Below, in pieces: positions 10,108 to 18,708 of a DNA stretch of 64,000 nt. Source of the DNA: Planctomycetota bacterium (lineage in GTDB: Bacteria; Planctomycetota; B15-G4; JADJEK01). The notes beneath the pieces were generated by a model. That model did not search any database. It was given only the letters and a program-made list of their open reading frames with translations, and was not told where the DNA came from. The position numbers and the translations under genes are program-made. The DNA is taken from NCBI GenBank assembly GCA_044225365.1, contig JBGAIQ010000014.1, positions 1-64,000 on the forward strand, read 5' to 3'. Positions within the stretch are counted from its first letter, which is position 1. Every line of letters starts with the position of its first letter.

Positions 10108-13044
10108 ATGATCGATTCGAACGACGAAATCGAAGGAACGCCCGGTACCGGGCGCGTGAGCATTCGGGAGGCATTGCTCGCGCTCGCCGCTTACGTGGCG
10201 ATCGGCATCGCGATCCTGTGGCCCGCGATCCCGTCGGTCGTCACCGGTCAAGTCCTGTCGTGCAGTGCTCAGCTCGTCGCGAACGGGCCGTACCCCGAGG
10301 ACGTGCGCAACCCGGCGCCGCCGAGCACCGACATCCTCAGCGATTCGATGCTGGCCTACGAGCCGTGGCTCCTCTACCAGGCCGAGTGGATGGCGAAGAA
10401 TGGGCGCATCCCGCGCTGGATCGACTCAGTGTATTGCGGAGCGCCGTTCATCGGGAACTCGCAGTCGGCGGTCTTCTATCCGCTGAACTACGTGATGGCG
10501 CTGCTCGGCGCCCCGCCGGCCGCGCTCGCCTGGGCCGTCCTCGCGAAGCTCTGCGCCGCGGCCCTCGGAACCTACCTGCTCGCGCGGCACCTGCGAATGA
10601 GCCGCCTCGGCTCGTTCGTCGCAGGATGCACGTTCGGCTTCGGCGGGTTCTCGATCCTCTACGTCACGTTCTCGGTGTCGAACGTCGCGGCGCTCCTGCC
10701 GTGGCTCGTGCTCGCGTGCGACCGATGCGTGCTCGATCCCTGCGCGCGAAGAATCCTGCCGATCGCGATCCTGACCGGGCTCCAGCACCTCGGCGGGCAT
10801 CCCGAGACCGAGTTCCACACGCAGGTCTTCGCGGCGGCGATGGTCCTCGTTCGCGCGTTCTCGCTCGGCGGAATTCGATTCCAAACGCTGTTCTCCTCGC
10901 GAGTGCTCGTCCCCGCGAGCGGTTTCGTCCTCGGGTTCGTTCTCGCTGGTGTGCAGCTCGTCCCATTCTTCGAGTACCTGCTGCGCAGCGCCGCACTCTC
11001 CCAGCGCACGAAGAGCGCTCCGACCTATCAAAGCCTCCTTCCGAGCCTCGAGTTCAAGCTCTACCCGTTCGCGCTCCTGCTCGCATTCTTCGCCGCGCGC
11101 TCGCTCCTTCGCGGGCCGCGCCTCGTCGTCCCAGCGCTCCTCTTCGCACTCGGGAGCAGCCTCGCCCTCGCTCTCGGAAGTCACGACGGCTTCGACGCTC
11201 CGCTCGTGCTGCAATTCGCGCCCGACTGGACGGGGTCGAAGAACACGCACATCGGGATGGTCGACTACATCGCGGCGAACGGTGGCTACGCCGCCGCCGC
11301 GTTGCCGCTCGCGATCTTCGGCGCACTCGCGTCGAGTCGCCGAGCGCTCGCTCGCGGCCTCGCGTGGATCTACTTCGTCACGCTCCTGCTCGGTCACCGC
11401 GATCCACTCGTGACGACGCTGATCGAGACGTTGCCCGTCTTCCACATCGCGGCGAACTACCGCTTCCAATGCGGCGAACTCCTCGCCTGCGCGATGCTCG
11501 CGGCACTCGGGATCGAGTCGCTCGGGCGCGCTTCGTTTCCCGTACGACTGCGATCTCGATTCGTCGCGTTCGTCCTCATCCTCTCGGCGGCCGCGCTGAT
11601 CGGTCGCGGGACATCGATCGCGCGCGGGGACCCGCAGACTCGACGCGTCGCCGCGGCGATCCGCGGTTCGGAGCCGCTACGGGCGGAGAGCCGGCGCGTC
11701 GAGATCCCCAAGGGTGTCACGGGGCTTCGCTTCGTGGGCGGCTGGATCGCGGCCGGCGCCGAGCTGAGATCCGCAGCCATGCTCGAGGCCGATGGGAGCA
11801 TTCGGCCGACGAAGCTCGTGGAGTTGACTCCGCAGGCGCGCGCGATCGATCCGAGCGTCAAGGACGTGGCGGGTCCGATCTACGCGTACAAAGCCACCTC
11901 GCCGCGATCGCAGGACGGGCGCGAGCGGAAACGAGAACCGCCCTACCGCATCCTCGCGACGACCGCGGATGGAAGGACATTCCTCTCGCCGATGCTCGAG
12001 CGGCCGGAGGGCTTTCCGGATTGGCTCCTATCGCTCACGAAACCGTTCGCCGGCGACGCCAATCGCCAGATCGCGTTCGTCGCGATCGCCTTCCTCGTGC
12101 TGTTGTTCGCGATCGGCCGCACTGGGAGGTCGCTCATCGTCGTGCGCGCGCTGCTGACGGCAATCGTGATCGTGTCGTTCGTCTCGTTCGGGTCGCGTTT
12201 CCTGCCGAAGATGAAGAGCGATCTCTTCTACCCGCGTTCGCCGATGATCGATCGACTCGCGGCGCTGCGACCCGAGCGCTTCGTCCTCGCGCCGGGATCT
12301 CTCGTCACGTTCGGCGCCGACATCGGTGCCGCATTCGGGTTGCTCGAACCCACGGGCTACGACGCGGTGGAGGATCGCCGTTTCCGGCAAGTCCTCGATT
12401 CGGCGATGCAGCGGGAGACCGACGACATCTTCGCGATCGAGTCGAGACCGCTCACGTTCGACCGGCGACTGCTCGGGCTCATGGGCGTTCGAGCGATCCT
12501 TCATTCGCCGGAGATCGCGGTGCCGGGGCGTGAGATCGCTAGGGAAGGTGCGCGCGTGCTCCTCACCGCGAATCCCGAGCACCTGCCGCGCGCCCGCATC
12601 GTGCATCGATTCTTGGTAGCGAATGACTCCGCCGCGCTCGAGAAGCTCGAGGACCCGAAGTTCGATATTGCGGGCACGTGCATCCTCGAAGAGCCGCCGG
12701 GAGACTTCGTCGCCGGAACGCGCGGCGCCGCGGAGATCACAACGCTCACGCCCGACCTTCTCAGCGTGACGCTTCGCGATCACGACGGCGGACTCCTCGT
12801 CCTCGCCGACACGTTTTTTCCGGGATGGCACGCGCGCGTCGATGGCAAGGAGCGTCCGATCCTGCGCGCGAACGTCGCCTTCCGCGCCGTCCCGATCGCG
12901 CCGCAGGATCGAGTCGTCGAGTTCTCCTACGAGCCGGACTCGCTCGTCATCGGCGCACGAGTCTCGGCCGCGGGTGGCATCGTGTTCCTGCTCCTGGCGG
13001 CGCGGTCGTGGATGCGCCGCCCGTCTGCGGACCGCGTACGATGA
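10108..13044 (+). CDS. YfhO-family polytopic membrane protein (GT-C glycosyltransferase-like)
   Basis: W....YCGAPFIGNSQSAVFYPLN, LGGHPE, many TM helices, C-terminal LLVLADTFFPGWHARVDG..ILRANVAFRAV..VEFSYEP. Confidence 0.88.
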   Translation: MIDSNDEIEGTPGTGRVSIREALLALAAYVAIGIAILWPAIPSVVTGQVLSCSAQLVANGPYPEDVRNPAPPSTDILSDSMLAYEPWLLYQAEWMAKNGRIPRWIDSVYCGAPFIGNSQSAVFYPLNYVMALLGAPPAALAWAVLAKLCAAALGTYLLARHLRMSRLGSFVAGCTFGFGGFSILYVTFSVSNVAALLPWLVLACDRCVLDPCARRILPIAILTGLQHLGGHPETEFHTQVFAAAMVLVRAFSLGGIRFQTLFSSRVLVPASGFVLGFVLAGVQLVPFFEYLLRSAALSQRTKSAPTYQSLLPSLEFKLYPFALLLAFFAARSLLRGPRLVVPALLFALGSSLALALGSHDGFDAPLVLQFAPDWTGSKNTHIGMVDYIAANGGYAAAALPLAIFGALASSRRALARGLAWIYFVTLLLGHRDPLVTTLIETLPVFHIAANYRFQCGELLACAMLAALGIESLGRASFPVRLRSRFVAFVLILSAAALIGRGTSIARGDPQTRRVAAAIRGSEPLRAESRRVEIPKGVTGLRFVGGWIAAGAELRSAAMLEADGSIRPTKLVELTPQARAIDPSVKDVAGPIYAYKATSPRSQDGRERKREPPYRILATTADGRTFLSPMLERPEGFPDWLLSLTKPFAGDANRQIAFVAIAFLVLLFAIGRTGRSLIVVRALLTAIVIVSFVSFGSRFLPKMKSDLFYPRSPMIDRLAALRPERFVLAPGSLVTFGADIGAAFGLLEPTGYDAVEDRRFRQVLDSAMQRETDDIFAIESRPLTFDRRLLGLMGVRAILHSPEIAVPGREIAREGARVLLTANPEHLPRARIVHRFLVANDSAALEKLEDPKFDIAGTCILEEPPGDFVAGTRGAAEITTLTPDLLSVTLRDHDGGLLVLADTFFPGWHARVDGKERPILRANVAFRAVPIAPQDRVVEFSYEPDSLVIGARVSAAGGIVFLLLAARSWMRRPSADRVR

Positions 13045-13064
13045 ACGGCGCAGCGCGTAGCGTC

Positions 13065-15479
13065 TCACGGCGTCTTCAGGAGTAGACCGTTGCTCGCCGC
13101 CGCGCCGAAGATCGCCGCGGGATCGAGAATCCACATCTGCATCACCGCGACGTTGCCGGTCGCGATTCCGCTCGGCCATCCCGTCGCCAGCGTGATGCGA
13201 CCGTTGCCGTCCGTCATGAGTCCGGAGAACACGAGTTGTGGGTAGGGCACGAGCGTGCCGCCGAGCAAAGGAACGTTCGCGACGGAGGCGCCGAGGAAGA
13301 AGAAAGCGGGTGCGTTCTCCCTCGCGTCGAGAAGCCGCAACGTCGCCGGATCACCCGGTACGAAAGAACTGCTGCCTCCGAGCTGAGGAATTCCGTGACC
13401 TCCCGCGAGGCCCTTTCCGAGATCGCTCCACGGGTTCGGTGCGCCGCGATTCAGGAGAACGGTCACGGTGCTCGACTCGCCGTTCGCCACGACGAGATCC
13501 GGCGCGTTGTCGCCGTCGATGTCGCCCATCGTCACGCTCGACGCCTCCGCGGGCACCGTATAGGTCTCGAGGGGCAGCAGTCCGCCGCTCACCGTGTTGC
13601 TCGATCGACGCAGCGACATTGTGTAGGCGTGATATCCGACCGCGACGAGGTCCTGATCGCCATCGGCGTCGAGATCCGCGACGAGCGGCGATCGCGGCGC
13701 AAGATCCGTGGCGACGTGTTGCGGAGCCAGGAAGCCGCCGCTGCCGTCTCCCGCGAACACGATGCATTCGGCGGGTGTCGTATGGGAGACGACGACGTCG
13801 TGAACACCGTCGTTCGTGAGATCTCCGATCGTGACGCCGGAGATCGCCGCCCCGCTCGCGAGCGTAACGGGCGGCAGGAAGCCACCGGTGCCGTCGTTGT
13901 GGAGCACGAGGAGATTCGCACCCGAGTACGTCGCGAGGTCGGGAGATGCGTCGCTGTCGAGTTGGCCGACCGCAAAGCTCGTCGCCCCGGGAACCGCGAT
14001 CGCGTTCGGCGCGGCGAACGTACCCCCACCGAGGCCGCGCGCCACGTCGATCTGCCCGCCGCCTGCTGTGAGGATGTCGAGCCTGCCATCGCGATCGACG
14101 TCCGCGAGTTCGATGTCGTAGGCGAGCACGGGCCACCCCACCGACGCGCCCGGCGCGAAGTTCCCCGCCCCGTCGCCCGTGAAGACTCGCACCTGCGAAC
14201 TCGTGTACATCGCCATCACGAGGTCGCGATGACCGTCGCCGTTCACATCGCCGCTCTTCACGACGTAAGCGCCCGATGTGCCGGGAATCAGTGCCTGCGT
14301 TCCGAGTGTTCCGTTCGCCTTGCCTCGCAGCAGCGAGACTCCGCCGGCGTGGACGACGGCGACATCGCCGTACGAGTCGGCATCGAAGCGCGCGACGGCG
14401 ACGGACAGCGCGATGCCTCCACCCACGCCAAAGCTCTTCGAGGTGAGGAAGGTGCCGTCGCCCTCGTTCAGCACGATCGACAGTCCGAGCAACCCCGAGA
14501 CGAAGAGCAAATCGGGACGCCCATCGCCGTTGAAGTCCGCCGCGGCGAGGTCGTACGACTGCGCGCCCGCGAGCGAGAGCGATTGCGGCGCGAAGCTGAA
14601 CGAACCCGAGTTCGTGAACAGCGAGACCGCGGTGTCGAGGACGACGAGGTCGAGAAAGCCGTTGCCATCGACGTCCGTCGCGACGATCGCGCTCGGCAGA
14701 CCGCCGGACGATAGCGTCGCCGCGACGGCAAGAGCCCCGCTCGCCGTTCCCAGGTTCTCGAGCACGGTCGCGTTTCCGGGGCCGGAGTTCGCAACGGCGA
14801 CATCGAGGCGGCCGTCGTTGTCGAGATCGGCCACGACGGCGCCGGTCGGTGTCAGTCCGACCGTGTAGTTCGTCGCCGCGCCGAAGGTGCCGCCCGGACC
14901 GCCGAGGCGAACGGCGAGATCGCTCGAGCCCGTATCGACGACGATCAGATCGAGACGTCCGTCCGCGTTCAGGTCGCCGAGTTTCACGTCGTTCGGATTC
15001 ACTCCCGTGGGCAGTGTCGCCGCCAACACGAATCCACCCGCGCCGTTGCCGATCAGGACCGAAAGCGTATTCGAGGTCCAGTTCGCCGCGACGATGTCGA
15101 GCTTGCCGTCGTTGTTGACGTCTCCCAGGGTCACGGCCCGGGGATCGGCGCCCACGGTGAAGTGCGATGCGGCCGAGAATCCTCCGGCACCATTGCCGAG
15201 GAGCACGGCGACGTCGTTCGCGCCGTCCTTGCCCGCGACGAGATCGATCTTGCCGTCACCGTTGAGATCTCCGGCTGCAACCGCGATTCCATACAGTCCG
15301 ATCGGGTAATCGACCTTCGGAGCAAAGCCGCCCGCGCCATTCCCGAGCAAGATCGAAACGGTTCCCACGCCGTAGTTCGCCGTGGCGACATCCATGCGTC
15401 CGTCGTTGTCGAAATCCGCGCACACGAGGGCATTCGGCCCGATGCCCGTATCGAAGTTCGAACTTCGTGCAATCGACAT
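13065..15479 (-). CDS. FG-GAP/VCBS repeat protein (secreted adhesin-like) with C-terminal domain
   Basis: More than 10 repeats of type DxNxDGxxDl(v)..N...VSvLlGnG.GgF. Start uncertain and may lie up to ~80 nt upstream. Confidence 0.9.
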   Translation of the reverse strand: MSIARSSNFDTGIGPNALVCADFDNDGRMDVATANYGVGTVSILLGNGAGGFAPKVDYPIGLYGIAVAAGDLNGDGKIDLVAGKDGANDVAVLLGNGAGGFSAASHFTVGADPRAVTLGDVNNDGKLDIVAANWTSNTLSVLIGNGAGGFVLAATLPTGVNPNDVKLGDLNADGRLDLIVVDTGSSDLAVRLGGPGGTFGAATNYTVGLTPTGAVVADLDNDGRLDVAVANSGPGNATVLENLGTASGALAVAATLSSGGLPSAIVATDVDGNGFLDLVVLDTAVSLFTNSGSFSFAPQSLSLAGAQSYDLAAADFNGDGRPDLLFVSGLLGLSIVLNEGDGTFLTSKSFGVGGGIALSVAVARFDADSYGDVAVVHAGGVSLLRGKANGTLGTQALIPGTSGAYVVKSGDVNGDGHRDLVMAMYTSSQVRVFTGDGAGNFAPGASVGWPVLAYDIELADVDRDGRLDILTAGGGQIDVARGLGGGTFAAPNAIAVPGATSFAVGQLDSDASPDLATYSGANLLVLHNDGTGGFLPPVTLASGAAISGVTIGDLTNDGVHDVVVSHTTPAECIVFAGDGSGGFLAPQHVATDLAPRSPLVADLDADGDQDLVAVGYHAYTMSLRRSSNTVSGGLLPLETYTVPAEASSVTMGDIDGDNAPDLVVANGESSTVTVLLNRGAPNPWSDLGKGLAGGHGIPQLGGSSSFVPGDPATLRLLDARENAPAFFFLGASVANVPLLGGTLVPYPQLVFSGLMTDGNGRITLATGWPSGIATGNVAVMQMWILDPAAIFGAAASNGLLLKTP

Positions 15480-15701
15480 GGGCGAGAACTCCAGCAGGGC
15501 GGCGAGGAACGATGTCGCTGAAGCTCGACGCAACGACCGCGCCTCGACCCGCGACGGAGTTTCCACCCGGCAACGTCGATTCCTGCGGCGCTCGCGCGGG
15601 ATGAGTTCCCGGTGGAACCGCGCGAATCCCCAGCGCGCTTTCGTTCCGATCTTGGAATCGAACGCTTCTGTCATCGACGCGCGAGCGAGCGCCGAGTCGT
15701 T

Positions 15702-17012
15702 TCAGCGCTCGACGAGGTGGTTCTCGACGAGGAACTCCTCGATCGCCTGGGCGGCGACGCGATGACCCGAGCCGTCCCAATGGCCCTCTGTATCCGTGAT
15801 CTTGCCGGCGCGGCGCTCGTTCTGGAATCGCTCGCGCGCCGAGAATCCGAGCACGTCGGGATGAGCTTTCAGGAAATCGAGCAGCAGCGGCTCGCCGCGA
15901 CCTGCGACGCCTTCCGCCGCGATCTCGAAGCCGACGGGGAGATGCACGAACACCGGCTTCGCGCCCGCGCGCTTCGTCGTCTCCGCGATGCGCACGAGGA
16001 GACGTCTCGTGACCTCCTTCTCTTGATCTCGCAGCGACGACGACGCAAAGCTCACGCGATATCGCACCACCGCGAGCAGGTCGAGAATTCGCGGATGCAC
16101 GATGTCGAATCGCAGGATCTCGTCGGGCGCGGGAACGGGCGAGTGCGAGAGCAACAGGCCGTCGCCGTCGCCCTCGAGTTCGAACCGCGGCTTCGCATAG
16201 TCGCGGAACGAGAGCAGATTGCGATCGATGTCCACCTGCACGAAACCGAGCAGCACGATGTCGGGTCGATAGCGCAATCCCGACTCGACGAGATGGATGG
16301 CCATCTGATCGTGCGCGTATCCATGAACTCCAAGGTTCAAGATCTCCGCGTTGGGCAACGCGTCCTGCAGACGCGACGCGTACACGTCTTCGTCGCTCAC
16401 CTCCTCGCCGAACGTGAACGAATCGCCGAGGACGACGATCCTCGTCTTTCCAGCGACACGCTCGACGGGATACTCGCGCTTCCCGCGCATCCCGACGGAA
16501 TTGGTGTTCAGTCGCTTGGTGCCAAATGCGAGCGCGTCATGGACGTTTGGCTTCACGATCCAGCCCCGCAACGGGTCGTAGCGATCGAATTCGAAGTTGA
16601 ATTCGGCTCCGGACCGATGTCGAGACACCCACATCCTCCGCCAGGATGCGGATTCGTTCGCCCACAGCCGATCGGCGATGGGCGGCACGGAGAAGGCGAG
16701 ACGCGACACGCCTTCGAACAGGAGGAACAGGAAGAGTCCGTAGCAGGCGATCGCAAGCCCACGCCGACCCGTTCGCGGTCGTCCCGCGCTCCGAATCGCC
16801 GGAATGCGACACAAGCCGAACGCGACGACCGCGACGATTGCGAGGATCCACGTCACGCGGTCCAGCCCACCGCGAAGGTCCGCACCGACCGCACGATCCG
16901 GCTCGAAATGGAGCGCCAAGAGAATAGTCGCCATCACCGCGGAACTCGCCGCCGCGAGCGTCGCGATCAGGAGCAGGGCGGATCGAACGAGACTCAGCAA
17001 GCCATTCCTCAC
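15702..17012 (-). CDS. Membrane-anchored SGNH/GDSL hydrolase-family protein
   Basis: N-terminal TM helices, NTNSVGMRG, RIVVLGDSFTFG, NLGVHGY, EGHWDGSGH. Start uncertain (17012-17048). Confidence 0.88.
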   Translation of the reverse strand: MRNGLLSLVRSALLLIATLAAASSAVMATILLALHFEPDRAVGADLRGGLDRVTWILAIVAVVAFGLCRIPAIRSAGRPRTGRRGLAIACYGLFLFLLFEGVSRLAFSVPPIADRLWANESASWRRMWVSRHRSGAEFNFEFDRYDPLRGWIVKPNVHDALAFGTKRLNTNSVGMRGKREYPVERVAGKTRIVVLGDSFTFGEEVSDEDVYASRLQDALPNAEILNLGVHGYAHDQMAIHLVESGLRYRPDIVLLGFVQVDIDRNLLSFRDYAKPRFELEGDGDGLLLSHSPVPAPDEILRFDIVHPRILDLLAVVRYRVSFASSSLRDQEKEVTRRLLVRIAETTKRAGAKPVFVHLPVGFEIAAEGVAGRGEPLLLDFLKAHPDVLGFSARERFQNERRAGKITDTEGHWDGSGHRVAAQAIEEFLVENHLVER

Positions 17013-17032
17013 GCGTGGATTTCGAGCCGGAT

Positions 17033-18580
17033 TCACCCGGCGAAGCAACTCGCGAGCGACTCGAGGGCGTCGTGCATCATGACGTCCTCGGGCTTCGTCG
17101 AGTCGACGACGAATACACGACCAGCGCCGAATTCGCCATCTCCGACCGGCGGCTCGAATCGGGCCTTCGCCGAAAGATGGACCGAGAGGTCCGCATCGGA
17201 TGGCTCGAGGAGGTCCTTCGCGCGATGCTCGAGTCGTGCGCGTACCACGGATTCGTCGGCGACGACGTGTGCGCAGACGACCCTGCGGGTCGAGGACTTC
17301 GCGCCATCGACGAATCGCGCCCGACGTTGCCGCGTGGGAAACGTCGCGTCGACGATCACACTGTGCCCCGTGGAAAGTTGCTCCAGAGCCCGGCGAAACA
17401 GTTCGTCGTACAGACGGTCACTCGCCTCCGGCGTGTAGATGCCGGAGAGATCTCCCTCCTTGCTGCGCTCGCTCGCGCTCATCCCGTGGAGCTCCTTGCG
17501 CACGACATCGCTGCGCAGCACGGTCGCATGCAATCGCCGCGCGATGGCGGCCGCGAACGTGCTCTTGCCACTCGCGGGCAAGCCGCATGTGAGGAGGAGC
17601 AACGGCGGAAGGGCCCGCGACGTCGCGAGGTCGATGTACCGTTTCGCAGTGGCGACCGCGTCCGCGCCGCCGCGAAGCATCGCGACCTTCGCGCGCACGA
17701 TCGCGTAGTGGACGAAGTAGAGGGGGACGAGCGAAGTGAGGACCGTGTCCTTCAGGACGATTCCCGCCCGCTTCACGAGCCACGCGCCGAACGCGGGATA
17801 GCCGCGCGCTTCGATGTCCATCGCGAGGAACGCGATCTCGGCGGCGGGATCGAGACAGCGCAATCGAGGGTCGAACTCGATGCAGTCGTAGGCCACGATC
17901 CGATCCCCGAGATCGCAGAGATTGCCCGCATGCAGGTCGCCGTGGCCCTCGCGGATCCGTCCTTCGCTCACTCGGGATTCGATCGCATCGCGATGCGCGG
18001 AGAAGTAAGTCTCGAAGAAGGCGTGGAGGAACTTCGTCCGCGACGCCGAAAGCACGGACTTCGCAGCGACGCTTGCCTCGTCGAGATTGCCGAGCATCAG
18101 GGACGAGAGTTCGGCCAGGTCGCCATGCCGCGAGATCGACTCGCTACGGGCGGCCTCGCGTTCGAATCGAGCGAGGCGGTCGATCACTCGCTCGAGCAGT
18201 GCGTTGTCGACACGACCTTCGTCGAGCATTCGGTCGAGGAGCCCCGAGGCCGGCAGGCGGCGCATCTTCACCGCGTAGTCGAGGATCTCGCCTTCGCCCT
18301 CCCCCACGCGAAGGCGACCCATGGGATCGCGGAAGATCGGCACGACGCCGCAATAGACGTCGCCCGCGAATCGTCGCCCGAGTCGCACCTCCTCCTCGCA
18401 GAACTGCCGCCGCAACTCGATCGTCGAGTAGTCGAGGAAGGGCAAGGCCACGGGCTTCTTCACCTTGAACACGTACGGCCCGACGAAGAACAGCCACGAG
18501 ATATGCGTTTCGAGCCTCTCCACGGGACCCGGGAGCGCGAAGGCACCGGCATCGAGCAGCGCTTCTTGGAGGGTCGACAT
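17033..18580 (-). CDS. Bifunctional aminoglycoside-phosphotransferase-like / AAA_33 P-loop kinase protein
   Basis: ETHISWLF..KVKKPV.LPFLDYST, EGHGDLHAGN, DCIEF, P-loop GLPASGKST, SDVVRKEL, DATF. Confidence 0.92.
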   Translation of the reverse strand: MSTLQEALLDAGAFALPGPVERLETHISWLFFVGPYVFKVKKPVALPFLDYSTIELRRQFCEEEVRLGRRFAGDVYCGVVPIFRDPMGRLRVGEGEGEILDYAVKMRRLPASGLLDRMLDEGRVDNALLERVIDRLARFEREAARSESISRHGDLAELSSLMLGNLDEASVAAKSVLSASRTKFLHAFFETYFSAHRDAIESRVSEGRIREGHGDLHAGNLCDLGDRIVAYDCIEFDPRLRCLDPAAEIAFLAMDIEARGYPAFGAWLVKRAGIVLKDTVLTSLVPLYFVHYAIVRAKVAMLRGGADAVATAKRYIDLATSRALPPLLLLTCGLPASGKSTFAAAIARRLHATVLRSDVVRKELHGMSASERSKEGDLSGIYTPEASDRLYDELFRRALEQLSTGHSVIVDATFPTRQRRARFVDGAKSSTRRVVCAHVVADESVVRARLEHRAKDLLEPSDADLSVHLSAKARFEPPVGDGEFGAGRVFVVDSTKPEDVMMHDALESLASCFAG

Positions 18581-18708
18581 GAGAGTTCCTCGTCGCGGGA
18601 TTCCCCGCTTGGCGCTCATTCCTGCGCAGCCTGGTACCAAGCGCGAACGCGCCGCACGGCGAGTGCCGCGCGACGCGTTCGATCGAGACTCAGGAAAGGA
18701 GCGCAGGC

